Shown: positions 48,105 through 61,089, numbered from the stretch's first letter. The stretch is DNA of 64,000 nucleotides from Terriglobia bacterium (GCA_963748015.1 CAVVHE010000004.1:2144001-2208000); one strand, 5' to 3'. Notes: generated by a model from the sequence alone, not told the origin. Translations and numbers: made by a program.

Positions 48105-49625
48105 GTGTCGGCGGGTTCGACGGGAGTCTGTTGCGGGGCCCTGCGGCGCAGGCCGCGTCGCGGGCTCGCCCTGCCCGTGGCCGCGCCGCTCCTTCTCGTC
48201 GCGCTCTTGCCGCACGCGTTGGCGCGCCCTCCCGAGGGCGAGCCTCCTGCGCCGCCTCAAGCGGCTCCGCGGACGTTGCTGCTCGCGCTCGATGCCGTCC
48301 CGTACCGCGTGGCGGAGGAGGCATGCCGGCGCGGGGCGTTCGCGGGGTGGCCGTCCCCGGCGGCGCTCGTCGCGCCGTTCCCCACCATGACCCACGTCGG
48401 CTTCGCGTCGCTGTTCCTGCCGTTCGGCGTGGCCCCCTCGCGGGGATACGAGATTCACCATTTCGATACGACGGCCAACGAGATCGTGGGCGGGAGCCCC
48501 CTCGAGTACGAGAAGGAGTCGCCGGCGTGGAACGAGCTGTTCGACGCGCCCGGCCGGAGCCTGATGTCGAAGCTGTCGAATTACACCTCGCCGGGAAAAG
48601 CGGCCCGCAAGGAGCTGGCCGAGATCGAGAACGAGGTCCTTGTTTCCCCGCGCGAGATCGTCATCGCCTACATCGGCGCGACCGACGGCTTCATCCATCT
48701 GCAGGGCGACGAGAAGGAGGTCGAATTCCTCGTCGAGCTCGACCAGCGACTGCGCGCTCTCGCCGAGCGACACCTCGGCGCGAGGGGACGACCGCTCCGG
48801 ATCGTCCTCTTCTCGGACCACGGCAGCGGCAGATGCAAGATCCACCACGCGGGGAGCTTCGAGCGTCTTCTTCGAGAGGCGGGGTTCAGGGTGGTGGAGC
48901 AGCTCGGGGGTCCGGACGACGTGGTCGCGCCGACGTTCGGCCTCGTCAACTACGGCGCGCTGTTCCTACGCGACGCCGGCCGCGCCGGGACCGCGGCCCG
49001 CGCCATCGTCCGGCACGAGGCGGTCGAGCTGGCGGCCTGGTCGCCGGAGCCCGGCGTGGTCGAGGTCGTCTCGCGCTCGGGCCGGGCCCGCGTCCTTTGG
49101 CTCGGCCCCGCCGGGGCCGAGCGATACGCTTACGAGGACGGCGGCGGCGACCCCCTGCGACTGTCCGTGGCGCGCCGCCGGCTCGAGGCCGCGGGGCTCC
49201 TCGACGCCGCGGGGTACGCCGGCGAAAAAGACTGGCTGCGGGAGACGGCGTTCGAGGACTACCCCGATCCTCTCCGCCGCCTCGCGGAAGCGCTGACCGG
49301 CGACCGGATCCTGAGCCGGGCGACCGTCCTGTTCTCCCTCGGGCCGTGCTGGTCGTGGGGTTGGCGGTCGGCGGTCGCCGGCGCCTGGATCCGGGGCGGC
49401 CGGCTCGAGGGAACTCACGGCGGGCTCGACCGCGACTCCACCCTGGGAGTCTTGCTCGTCAACGACCCCGCTCTGGCCCCGCCGCGCGCCGTCCGCGCCG
49501 ACGAGGCTCTCGCCCCCTTCGCGCTCGCGGTTCGCGCGGAAAGGGAGCGACTGGCAGCGGGGAAACCGGCGCCTCCCGATCGACCCGAGGGGAGCGGACG
49601 CGAATCGTCGCAGCAAAAACGTTGA
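48105..49625 (+). CDS. alkaline-phosphatase superfamily (NPP-like) exported protein; start uncertain
   Basis: AAGGAGGAGG before GTG 48105; LLLALDAV, PFPTMT (Thr nucleophile), FSDHG, GTHG. Confidence 0.75.
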   Translation: MSAGSTGVCCGALRRRPRRGLALPVAAPLLLVALLPHALARPPEGEPPAPPQAAPRTLLLALDAVPYRVAEEACRRGAFAGWPSPAALVAPFPTMTHVGFASLFLPFGVAPSRGYEIHHFDTTANEIVGGSPLEYEKESPAWNELFDAPGRSLMSKLSNYTSPGKAARKELAEIENEVLVSPREIVIAYIGATDGFIHLQGDEKEVEFLVELDQRLRALAERHLGARGRPLRIVLFSDHGSGRCKIHHAGSFERLLREAGFRVVEQLGGPDDVVAPTFGLVNYGALFLRDAGRAGTAARAIVRHEAVELAAWSPEPGVVEVVSRSGRARVLWLGPAGAERYAYEDGGGDPLRLSVARRRLEAAGLLDAAGYAGEKDWLRETAFEDYPDPLRRLAEALTGDRILSRATVLFSLGPCWSWGWRSAVAGAWIRGGRLEGTHGGLDRDSTLGVLLVNDPALAPPRAVRADEALAPFALAVRAERERLAAGKPAPPDRPEGSGRESSQQKR

Positions 49626-49731
49626 CGGGCTGCCCGTCCGTCCGTATCCATCCATAGAGGCATGCCCGTTGCGGCTACCGAGGGTGGTGGCTCGTGCGCG
49701 GGTGCGCCGGCGTTCGGAGGGGAGTCGCCGC

Positions 49732-50961
49732 GTGGACGTGTTCATAGCCCGCCAGCCGATCTTCGACACGAAGCAAGAGGTCGTCGCCTACGAGCTGCTG
49801 TTCCGCTCCGGGGTCGACGCCAGCGAGTTCGACCATCCCGACCCGGCGGTCGCCTCGGCCAAGGTCATCGGCGACGCGTTCCTCGTCGTCGGATTCGACA
49901 CGATCACCCGCGGCGCGGGCGCGTTCGTCAATGCGACCCGGGAGATCCTCCTCCACGACTACGCCACCCTCCTTCCGCCGGGAAGAACGACCATCGAGAT
50001 CGTGGAGACGGTGGAGGCCGACCAGGAGGTGCTGGAGGCTTGCCGGCGTCACCGGGTGGCCGGCTACCGGCTGGCCCTCGACAATTTCGTTCCGGGGGAC
50101 CCTCGCTCGTCGCTCCTCGACCTCGTGGACCTCGTGAAGGTGAACTTCCGCGACGTTCCAAGCGACGGCCGCGCGGAAGCGGTGCGCCTGTGCGCACCGT
50201 CCGGCAAGCGGCTGGTCGCCCAGAGGGTGGAGACGTGGGAGGAGTTCGAGTGGGCTCGCTCGAACGGGTATTCCCTCTTTCAGGGGTTCTTCTTCAGCCG
50301 GCCCATGACCGTGGCCTCGAAGGACGTGCCGGCGTTCAAGTTGCACCTCGTGGAAACCCTCAAGGAGGTGTTCCGGCCCGAGCTCGACTACGCCCGAATC
50401 GAGGACCTCATCAAGCGGGACATGGCCCTCACCTACAAGTTCCTGCGGTTCATCAACTCGAGCGCTTTCGGCTGGCAGGCGCGGATCGAGTCGATCCGCC
50501 ACGCGCTCGCGCTGCTGGGCGAGAACGAGATCCGGAAGTGGGTCACGCTGGTCTCCGTGTCGAGCCTGTCCGTGGACCGGCCCGACGAGGTGCTGGTGCT
50601 CGCCGCGCTGCGGGCGGCGTTCGCCGAGTCTCTCGCGGAGCAGCTGGGCTTCCGCGACCGCAAGCAGGACTTCTTCCTGCTCGGGATGTTCTCCCTGCTC
50701 GATGCGGTCCTCGACCGGCCGCAGGCGCTGGCCCTGATGGACCTGCCGCTCGGAGCGGACATTCGAGAGGCGCTTCTCGGCGGAGAGAATCTCCTCCGAA
50801 ACGTCCTCGACTACGTCATCGCCTACGAGCGGGCCGATTGGGAGGAGCTCCCCGCCCGCGCGAGGGCCCTGGGGCTCGAAGAAATCGGCACGCCCGTGCT
50901 CTACCTGGACGCGGTCCGGTGGAGCCAGGAGACGTTCGGGCTGATACGCGCCGGGCGATAG
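49732..50961 (+). CDS. EAL + HDOD signalling protein (YuxH/PdeH-like)
   Basis: FIARQPIFD, AYELLFR, FQGFFFSRP, LTYKFLRFINS, IESIRHALALLG, FLLGMFSLLD. Confidence 0.92.
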   Translation: MDVFIARQPIFDTKQEVVAYELLFRSGVDASEFDHPDPAVASAKVIGDAFLVVGFDTITRGAGAFVNATREILLHDYATLLPPGRTTIEIVETVEADQEVLEACRRHRVAGYRLALDNFVPGDPRSSLLDLVDLVKVNFRDVPSDGRAEAVRLCAPSGKRLVAQRVETWEEFEWARSNGYSLFQGFFFSRPMTVASKDVPAFKLHLVETLKEVFRPELDYARIEDLIKRDMALTYKFLRFINSSAFGWQARIESIRHALALLGENEIRKWVTLVSVSSLSVDRPDEVLVLAALRAAFAESLAEQLGFRDRKQDFFLLGMFSLLDAVLDRPQALALMDLPLGADIREALLGGENLLRNVLDYVIAYERADWEELPARARALGLEEIGTPVLYLDAVRWSQETFGLIRAGR

Positions 50962-51056
50962 CCCTTTGCCGACCCTGGCGCGGCACGATTCGCCGCACCA
51001 TATTGAAACCCCTGGACCAGCGCCCTGACCGCTCCTGGACCGGCCGGGGGACACCT

Positions 51057-51887
51057 ATGCCGAACGTCACGTTTCCTTCGACGATTACCCGCGCGGCCGC
51101 CGCCGTCTGCGCCTCGCTGGCCCTCGCGGCGACGATCGGTTGCGCGGGGTCCATGAAGAAGCCCGAGACGCGCCCGGTCGAGACGGTCGAGGCCCCGCGG
51201 TGCGACTGCTCGCAGCTCGAGGGGGAGATCGACCGTCTGAAGGGACGGGTAGAGCCCCCCTGCGACACGCAGCAGTTCGAGGACGAGGCGGCCGCCCTGC
51301 GGCTCCGCGTTCTCGAGAAGGACGCCGTCGCCCGATCGCTCCGAGATCAGCTCTCCACGGAGCGGGTCGAGCTCGAGGAGGCGATCGGGGAGGTGGTGCG
51401 CTCCAAGGCCAAGCTTCGCAGCATCGAAAGCAAGGCGCAGGCCGCGTCGGACATGGCCGAGGGGGAGATCGCCCTGAAGACCGCGAAGGCCCGCTACTCC
51501 GGCGCGGATCGACCACCGGCCCTCTCCGCCGCCGAGCAGCTGCTCGTCGGGAGCGCCAAGGAGTTCGAGAGGCAGAACTACGGCGGGTCGCTCTACCTGG
51601 CCGGCCAGGCCCGGACGAAGATCCGCGCGGCGGAGGCCCAGGCGCGGTCGCGGGGAAGCGTGGATTCCGTGGGCGGCGAGATCCGCTTTGCGGCGCCGGT
51701 CGAGCTCAAGGTCGCGAAGTCCTGCAAGCTCAGGAAATCTCCGGGCCTCGAGGCCGATGTCCTGTCCACGCTCCCGCCCGGCACCTCGGTCACCGGCCTG
51801 TCCTACAAGGGAAAGTGGGTGCGCGTCGCGTACGGCGACCGCTCCATCGGTTGGATCTTCCAGACGCTCCTCGCGGGGCTGGAGTAG
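51057..51887 (+). CDS. lipoprotein with coiled coil and C-terminal SH3b domain
   Basis: Lipobox-like ATIGC; KLRKSPG...VLSTLPPGT...WVRV...GWI. Confidence 0.8.
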   Translation: MPNVTFPSTITRAAAAVCASLALAATIGCAGSMKKPETRPVETVEAPRCDCSQLEGEIDRLKGRVEPPCDTQQFEDEAAALRLRVLEKDAVARSLRDQLSTERVELEEAIGEVVRSKAKLRSIESKAQAASDMAEGEIALKTAKARYSGADRPPALSAAEQLLVGSAKEFERQNYGGSLYLAGQARTKIRAAEAQARSRGSVDSVGGEIRFAAPVELKVAKSCKLRKSPGLEADVLSTLPPGTSVTGLSYKGKWVRVAYGDRSIGWIFQTLLAGLE

Positions 51888-51899
51888 CCCGCCCAAGGT

Positions 51900-53705
51900 C
51901 TAGACGATCGGCGACATGCCGATCTCGCCGTCCGGGCCGGCGAATGGAGGAGCAGGACCCCCGGCGGCCCGAGTGTCGCCCGCGGCGGCCACCCGGTTCC
52001 GGCCCGCCCTCTTCGCCTCGTACAGCGCGGCGTCGGCCTTCCGGAGCAGCGCGTCGGGCTCGAGCGCGTGCTCCGGATACATGGACACGCCGATGCTCAG
52101 CGACACCTCCCACGGGTCGTCGGTGATCGTGGGCCGGACCACGCTGGCGCGATCGCGGATACGCTCGGCGACCTGGACGGCGGTATCAAGGTCCGTCTCG
52201 GGGAGCACCACCACGAACTCGTCCCCCCCGTAGCGCGCGGCGCAGTCGCAGGAGCGGGTCGAGTGCTCGAGCAGCTTCGCGATCCCTCGGAGCACCTGGT
52301 CGCCCGCGAGGTGACCGTGAGAGTCGTTGAGCCCCTTGAACTGGTCCACGTCGATCATGAGCACGGCGAAGACGTGGTCGTGTCGCCCGGACCGCTCGAC
52401 CTCGCGCGCGAGCGTGCCCATCAGCGCGTGACGGTTGTGGAGCCCCGTGAGACTGTCGGTCGTCGAGATCTTCTGGAGCTCCGCGTTCTTCTCGCGGAGG
52501 GCCGCGTTCTTGGCGTCGAGCTCCTCGCGCGTGTGCGCCAGCCGGAGCACCATGTTGTTGAAGAGCGTCGTCAGCGCGGCGACCTCGCCCTTGCCGAGCA
52601 CGGGGAGGGCGATCGTCAGGTCGCCGCCCGCCACCTTCGCCGATCCCCTGGCCAGGCGGCCGAGGGGGCGCACGATCGCGAGCCCGAGCAGCGACGCCGC
52701 GAGGCCGACGACGAGGAGCAGGATCCCGGTCAGCGCGAGCGTGAGGTTGCGGAGCCGGCCGATGTGCGCGTAGGCCGTGCTCCGGTCGAGCTGGGCCAGG
52801 ACGCCCCCCTCGATCTGCTCGAGGGGCTCGAGGCTTCCGACGGTCGCCCTGCCGTCCACGTCGCGATACTCGAGAAATGCCGACACCTTCGAGAAGAGCT
52901 TCTCCGCGACCTCGGGCGCGATTCCCGCGCGAGGCGCCGCGCCGTTGCCGGCAGCGACCAATGCGCGGCCGTCCCGGTCGACCAGGTTCAGCGCGCAGGG
53001 AGCATCCTCCGCGTACCTGCGCAGCACCTCCGCGATCCCCCGGAAATTGAGCTTGGCGACCAGCAGTCCCACGAACTCCTCGCGGACCGACCGGATGGGC
53101 TCGCCGATGACCAGGATGTCCTTGCCGAGATCCGGATCGCGATGGGCTTGCCCGACGACCGGCTTGTCCGCCCTGGCGAGCCGTTCCCAGTCCCCCGGCA
53201 GCTCGAGCGCTCCCGGGGTCTCGGCCGTCGTCGCGAGGACCCGTCCGCCTGGATCGACGACGAGAAGCTCTTCGTAGTCCGCGAACTTCCGCCGAACCGC
53301 CTTCAGGTAGTTCTCGAGCTGCTTTTTCTCGTCCGGCCTCGCCGCCGCGGAACCTTTTACGAGGGCCTCCGTCGTTCCCGCGACCACGGACGACGTCGAG
53401 AACACCCTCACGTCGTAGAGGCGCTCCTTGATCGCCAGGTCGATCTCCCGCGAAGCCTGGGTGGTGACGCTCGAGAGCTCCTGGCCGATCTTGGCCTCGA
53501 GGATCCTCTTGTTGAAGACGTACGAAAGCCAGCCCATGGCGGCCGACGGCAGCAGGGTCGCGATCAGCGCGAGGACGGTCACCTTCCTCGCGATGCTCTG
53601 CACCCCGAAGACACCGAGGGCGCGGGTGACGAATCGCTCCGTCGCCCCCGGAGACTCGGCCGGCGCGACCGCACCCCCGCTCCCGCGCTCGAAGCCCTCG
53701 TTCAT
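51900..53705 (-). CDS. membrane diguanylate cyclase (Cache-HAMP-GGDEF)
   Basis: 2 TM, HAMP, TDSLTGLHNR, IDVDQFK..ND..GH..GD, RSCD I-site, RYGGDEF. Confidence 0.93.
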   Translation of the reverse strand: MNEGFERGSGGAVAPAESPGATERFVTRALGVFGVQSIARKVTVLALIATLLPSAAMGWLSYVFNKRILEAKIGQELSSVTTQASREIDLAIKERLYDVRVFSTSSVVAGTTEALVKGSAAARPDEKKQLENYLKAVRRKFADYEELLVVDPGGRVLATTAETPGALELPGDWERLARADKPVVGQAHRDPDLGKDILVIGEPIRSVREEFVGLLVAKLNFRGIAEVLRRYAEDAPCALNLVDRDGRALVAAGNGAAPRAGIAPEVAEKLFSKVSAFLEYRDVDGRATVGSLEPLEQIEGGVLAQLDRSTAYAHIGRLRNLTLALTGILLLVVGLAASLLGLAIVRPLGRLARGSAKVAGGDLTIALPVLGKGEVAALTTLFNNMVLRLAHTREELDAKNAALREKNAELQKISTTDSLTGLHNRHALMGTLAREVERSGRHDHVFAVLMIDVDQFKGLNDSHGHLAGDQVLRGIAKLLEHSTRSCDCAARYGGDEFVVVLPETDLDTAVQVAERIRDRASVVRPTITDDPWEVSLSIGVSMYPEHALEPDALLRKADAALYEAKRAGRNRVAAAGDTRAAGGPAPPFAGPDGEIGMSPIV

Positions 53706-53818
53706 CTCCGTCCTTCCTCGAGGCGCGGACCCCCGCGCCGGGTTCTCGGGAGAATCCGGATCCAATGTGGGTCCAGGAACGGCGGGAGTCCAGCAGGAGA
53801 GGGTCGAGGGGGCGGGAC

Positions 53819-53848
53819 GGAGGCGCGGCCCGTCCGGGCCGCGCCTCC
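53819..53848 (-). terminator. hairpin after the S9 peptidase gene
   Basis: GGAGGCGCGGCCC-GTCC-GGGCCGCGCCTCC, perfect 13-bp stem. Confidence 0.55.
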
Positions 53849-53866
53849 TTCGGTGCCAAGAGCTTG

Positions 53867-56605
<2,739 letters not shown>

Positions 56606-56720
56606 CGTGCGGACCTCCATTGGAAAGGGGCGCTTGCCCATGCTCCTCTTGATACGTCGGCGGCGGCCCCGGGTTCCATGGGCGAACGGCCACCGCGCCG
56701 GCCGGAGCGGACCGCCGCCG

Positions 56721-57953
56721 TCAGGTCCCTTCGCGCTCGCGGTGCACCCAGGCGACGGCCTGGCTCGCGGCCAGCACCAGCAGCACGACGCTCATCGGGA
56801 ACAGGTACCTCGGGACGTAACCCACGAGATAGTACACGAGAGGGTACGCGGCGAGCGGCACGACGATCGCGGCCCGCTGTGGCGCGGTCAGCTTCGGCCA
56901 GGCCCGGCGCAGCCCCAGGAAAGCGAGGACGGTCACCGCCGCCGAGAAGAGAGCCTCGATCGGGCGCCTCGGCGGACCGAGCCACACGTGCCACACCCGC
57001 GATGCGGTCAGGCGCAGGAACTCCGCGGGGTGCGTCCGGATCCACTCGAGGGTCTCTTGCCTCTGCTTCGACATGTACGCCGCCTCGCCCAGCGCCTTCG
57101 CCTCCAGGGCTTCATCCCGGTTGTTCCCGGGGTGGAGTGATCGGGGCCCGGGGTGTTCGGCCCAGAGGTCGGCCCGCGCCCCGTCGTGATTTCCGAGCTT
57201 CAGCTCGAGGCCGAAGTTGCTCCGGATGAAGAACATGTCGTCGAGCGCGAGGTAGTTCCGCCATGCCCAGGGGAGACAGGCGAACAGCGCGCCGCAGAGG
57301 ATCGCCGCGATCCATGCCGTCTTGCGGCGGTCGCGGACCCACCACGCCTCGAAGGCCAGGTAGCCGGCGACGACCGGCAGCAGGGCCGGCGCGAGGTGGA
57401 ACGCGGCCCCGGCGCCCGCCCCGAGCAGCGCCGAGCGGGCCACGGTGAGACGGCCCGGCGATTCCCACCGGGCGGCGAAGGCGGCCATCAGTGCGGCCAG
57501 GGCGATCGCGGCCATCGCCTCGTTCCAAAGCCACCCGAGGACGTCCTCGATGCCGTACCTCGGCAGAGCCGCGGCGAACAACCCCGCGGCGGCTCCCGCC
57601 GCCGTCCCCAGGCCGATGCGGCGCGAGAGCCACGGGAGCATGGCGTAGGCGGCGGCGCACGCGACGATGCCGGCGGCGGAGCGGGCGTAGGCCGCGGCCG
57701 TCGTGACGCCGAGCGCGAGGTAGATCAAGGCCTCGAGGCCGGTGTGAAGGGGGAGCGGGTGCGCCGTCGGCCCCGTCGGGATGCAGTACGGGTCGGCGTA
57801 CCGGCCCGTGGCCGCGAGGGAGCGCGCGACCGCATCCACTTCCTTGTGCGCGCCGACAAGCACGTACTCGCGGGGAATCAGCGGCGACACGAGCACGCCG
57901 ACCCGGACCGTCAGCGCCACGGCGAAGATGAGGAGCGCCCAGCGTCGCGCCAT
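56721..57953 (-). CDS. polytopic membrane protein, GT-C (ArnT/PMT-like) glycosyltransferase-like
   Basis: Many TM; PTAH..P, PW..RNY....FIRSNFG.EL..GN, PRYLFP. Confidence 0.6.
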   Translation of the reverse strand: MARRWALLIFAVALTVRVGVLVSPLIPREYVLVGAHKEVDAVARSLAATGRYADPYCIPTGPTAHPLPLHTGLEALIYLALGVTTAAAYARSAAGIVACAAAYAMLPWLSRRIGLGTAAGAAAGLFAAALPRYGIEDVLGWLWNEAMAAIALAALMAAFAARWESPGRLTVARSALLGAGAGAAFHLAPALLPVVAGYLAFEAWWVRDRRKTAWIAAILCGALFACLPWAWRNYLALDDMFFIRSNFGLELKLGNHDGARADLWAEHPGPRSLHPGNNRDEALEAKALGEAAYMSKQRQETLEWIRTHPAEFLRLTASRVWHVWLGPPRRPIEALFSAAVTVLAFLGLRRAWPKLTAPQRAAIVVPLAAYPLVYYLVGYVPRYLFPMSVVLLVLAASQAVAWVHREREGT

Positions 57954-57976
57954 GAGCCGCCCCCGTCAAGCGGCCG

Positions 57977-59551
57977 TCAGAACCGCCAGCTCACGTTCGC
58001 ATAGTACTGGTCGTTGTCCTCGCCGGCGCCGCGGTTCCGGTCCGCGGTGAGGGAGATCAGCCAGCGACGGCCGGCGTAGGCATCCCACTCCACGCCGAAC
58101 CAGTTGAGGTTCCCCTCGGGCACCCAGAGGGTGGCGCCGTTCTCGATCCGCACCCCGCCGTGGAGCTCGAGACGCGTCCAGTCCGCGAGGTCGGCCGAGA
58201 GCGAGAGGGAGTGGAGCCATCCCTCGACGGACTCGCTGCGGTAGCTCGTACTCCGCGCCCGGGCGCCGAGTCCGAAGCGAGTGTACCCGACGACGCCGAG
58301 GGTTCCGGTGTAGGAGTCCGCGGCTCCCGCGGTGCCGCCCTGGCTCCGGCGCCCGTCGGCGCCCCAGAGAACGTGCCGTCCCACCCGCCCCTCGAGCCCC
58401 GCCCAGTAACCCTGGCGATACGCGTCGTCGAAGTCCGTCTCGGGGGTCTCGACGTCACGGTAGAGGCGAACGCTGCGGCGGTCGTCGTAGCCGCCGCGGA
58501 TCGACAGCGCCTCTCCGAATCGGTAGCGCAGCGACGCGAACGTGCTCGTCGAGGTGAACGTGCTGCCGTTCTCCGCCGTCTTGCGCCAGCCGCGGTTGTA
58601 GTCGACCTCCTGCGCGAGCCACGCCGAGAGCTTACGGTCGTCGTAGCGCCCCTGAAGGAAGACGAAGTCACGGTTGATCTCCCCGTTCTGCGACGACGAG
58701 ACCGCCCCCGCGGTGACCGCCCACCGCCGCTCCGCGGCGGCGGCGTTGCCGTACTCGTAGAACGCGCCGAAGTCCCGGACGTCGTTCGAGTAGCTCCAGT
58801 GGACCGGATCGGGCTCCGTGCCGATCATCCCGCCGACCGCCCACCTCTCTTTCCGGTACTCCGCGTACCCTCCGTCGAACAGGCTCATCACCGAAAGCGA
58901 CGGGACGAACTGCCGCCCCAGCCCGAACCGGAACGCGTCGCCGGGCCTGCCGTACGTCGCGGCGAGGCGGTAGACGCGGTTCCGGTCCTCGGAATCGGTG
59001 TTCCCGCTCGCGTCGGTCCGGTAGGTCCGCCTCGCGCGGACGTCCACGTCGAGGCCGACCGGGGAGCCGCCGAGCTCGTGGCCGTTGAGCCTCAGGTCGA
59101 GAGCCGGCTGCCGGTAGCCGCCCTCGATGTCCCCCGTTCGCCGGACGTAGAGGTAACGAAGACCGACGCGCCCTCCGAGACCAAACGGCCGGGAGTCGCG
59201 CGCCGGCTTCGACGACGTCGACGCAGACGGCGCGGCCGACGGATCGGGGGACGCCGCGGCCGACGCGGGTGCGAGGCGGACCGAATCGCCTACCCGGACC
59301 TCGCCGTCGGTCGTCTCGGCCGCGCAGCGTGACCGGTGCGCCGTCACCTCGGCGACGCGAAGCGTCGCGACCGGCGCGCCGGCGCGCACGACCTCGAGCC
59401 GGTCGCCCGGGCCGAACCCTTCCTCGGCCCCCGAGCCGACGTACACCGAATCCCCCGCGACGTAGGTGACCTGGAGCGCCGGCACCTCGGCCGCCCACGC
59501 GAGGGAAGGAACCGCGAGCAGCAGCGAGAGAACGAACGATCGTGTCTTCAT
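57977..59551 (-). CDS. outer-membrane beta-barrel (porin of a porin-cytochrome complex) with small N-terminal beta domain
   Basis: Signal MKTRSFVLSLL..AWA; alternating beta-strands, FGLGRQF, terminal YANVSWRF; starts 2 nt after the cytochrome stop. Confidence 0.8.
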   Translation of the reverse strand: MKTRSFVLSLLLAVPSLAWAAEVPALQVTYVAGDSVYVGSGAEEGFGPGDRLEVVRAGAPVATLRVAEVTAHRSRCAAETTDGEVRVGDSVRLAPASAAASPDPSAAPSASTSSKPARDSRPFGLGGRVGLRYLYVRRTGDIEGGYRQPALDLRLNGHELGGSPVGLDVDVRARRTYRTDASGNTDSEDRNRVYRLAATYGRPGDAFRFGLGRQFVPSLSVMSLFDGGYAEYRKERWAVGGMIGTEPDPVHWSYSNDVRDFGAFYEYGNAAAAERRWAVTAGAVSSSQNGEINRDFVFLQGRYDDRKLSAWLAQEVDYNRGWRKTAENGSTFTSTSTFASLRYRFGEALSIRGGYDDRRSVRLYRDVETPETDFDDAYRQGYWAGLEGRVGRHVLWGADGRRSQGGTAGAADSYTGTLGVVGYTRFGLGARARSTSYRSESVEGWLHSLSLSADLADWTRLELHGGVRIENGATLWVPEGNLNWFGVEWDAYAGRRWLISLTADRNRGAGEDNDQYYANVSWRF

Positions 59552-59553
59552 GG

Positions 59554-61089
59554 TCAGTTCCCCGCACTGCCGCGCGGATGACAGGAGTAGCACGCTGCGC
59601 TGTCGTAGCGATACCCCGACACGTCCGTATGCCTCGGGTCCGTGTCCGCCTGCGAATGACATCTGAAGCAACTGAACACGCTGTAGTTGGACGAGTTCGT
59701 GTGGCAGTCGGAGCAGTTCGTCCACCGGCCGTTGTGATTGCCGGAATAGATCGGGAAGTACGAGGCGTCGTGCTGGGTGTATCTCGCCCCCGCGAAGGTC
59801 GTCGTGTTGTGGCACAGCGTGCAGTCGGTGGAGAACCCGGCCGTGGAGTGCTTCGGGTCCGTCGTGCCGTCGTAGGCCGGCTTGTGACACGAGTAGCACG
59901 CGGTCGATTTCCCGTTGTAGACGCCGTCGGCGTGGCAGGCGGAGCAGGGCTGGCCGACGTGGGCGCCGGTGAGCGGGAAGGACGTGGCGGAATGGTTGAA
60001 CGTCGCCCCCGCCCACGATGCCGTCGTGTGGCAGAGCGAGCAATCCTGCGGAAAGCTCGCCTGTGCGTGGTTCGGGTCCGTGGTCCCGTTGTAATCGGCC
60101 TGGTGGCACGAGTAGCACGCGGTGGATTTCCCCTGGTAGACGCCGTCGGCGTGGCAGGCGGAGCAGGGCTGGCCGACGTGGGCGCCGGTGAGCGGGAAGG
60201 ACGTGGCGGAATGGTTGAACGTCGCCCCCGCCCACGACGTGGTCGAGTGACAGAGCGAGCAATTCTGCGGGAAGCTCAGCTGGACGTGGTTCGGATCGGT
60301 CGTGCCCTGATAGTCCTGGGCGTGGCACGAGTAGCAGTCTGGCGAGAGGTTCGGGTTGAAAGGAGTGCCGTGGCAACTCGCGCAGTCGAGCGACGCGTGG
60401 GCGCCCGTGAGCGGGAACCCGGTCGCGGCGTGGTTGATGCTGCCGCCCTTGAAGCTGACCGTGTTGTGGCACTGGCCGCAGTCCCGCGAGTAGCTCGCCT
60501 CGACGTGGCTCTGGGGCCGCTGCGTGGCCGTCTTGAACGTGGGGTTGTCGTGGCACGACGCGCAGTCCGACGGGAGGCCGACGTACCGGAGCTGCCCCTG
60601 CGCGCGCTCGAGGTGGCACTGGTCGCAGTCCGCCGCCGCGTGCGAGCCCGTCAAGGGGAAGCGCGTCGTGTGGTGGAGCCGGGCCATCGACGCGCGGTCG
60701 ATGAAGCTCCGCGGCGTGTGGCAGCGGCCGCAGTCCTGCCCGAACTCCCCGCGGTGGACGTCCTGGTGGCAGCCGACGCAATCCGCCCTTGCCTTCGTGA
60801 ACTCCAGGGTCTTGTGACACGCCCTGCACGCGGCCGTCTTGTGCGCCCCCTGCAGGCCGAAGTACTTCCCGTGGTCGAATTCCTTCGTGGGACGGGCCGG
60901 AATCCACTTCGCCTCGTCGTGGCAGAGCGCGCAGTCCCCCTGCCACTCGCCGTGCGGATAAGGCCTCGACGCGGGGTCGCTTCCCTGCGCGAGTGCTACG
61001 GGTGCAGCGAGCGAGACGCCGAGCGCGAGCCCCAGGACGATAGGGGCGAGCCTCCCTCCTCCTCCGGAAACGCCTGTTGCGAAGCTCAC
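59554..61089 (-). CDS. multiheme cytochrome c, 19 CxxCH
   Basis: GTG at 61089 overlapping the upstream stop; signal peptide; 19 CxxCH counted; FPLTGAH..CxxCH modules. Confidence 0.92.
   Translation of the reverse strand: MSFATGVSGGGGRLAPIVLGLALGVSLAAPVALAQGSDPASRPYPHGEWQGDCALCHDEAKWIPARPTKEFDHGKYFGLQGAHKTAACRACHKTLEFTKARADCVGCHQDVHRGEFGQDCGRCHTPRSFIDRASMARLHHTTRFPLTGSHAAADCDQCHLERAQGQLRYVGLPSDCASCHDNPTFKTATQRPQSHVEASYSRDCGQCHNTVSFKGGSINHAATGFPLTGAHASLDCASCHGTPFNPNLSPDCYSCHAQDYQGTTDPNHVQLSFPQNCSLCHSTTSWAGATFNHSATSFPLTGAHVGQPCSACHADGVYQGKSTACYSCHQADYNGTTDPNHAQASFPQDCSLCHTTASWAGATFNHSATSFPLTGAHVGQPCSACHADGVYNGKSTACYSCHKPAYDGTTDPKHSTAGFSTDCTLCHNTTTFAGARYTQHDASYFPIYSGNHNGRWTNCSDCHTNSSNYSVFSCFRCHSQADTDPRHTDVSGYRYDSAACYSCHPRGSAGN
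59885..60330 (-). repeat. 219-bp (73 aa, 3-heme) tandem duplication inside the cytochrome gene
   Basis: GGAGCAGGGCTGGCCGACGTGGGCGCCGGTGAGCGGGAAGGACG... identical at 59941 and 60160. Confidence 0.9.
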
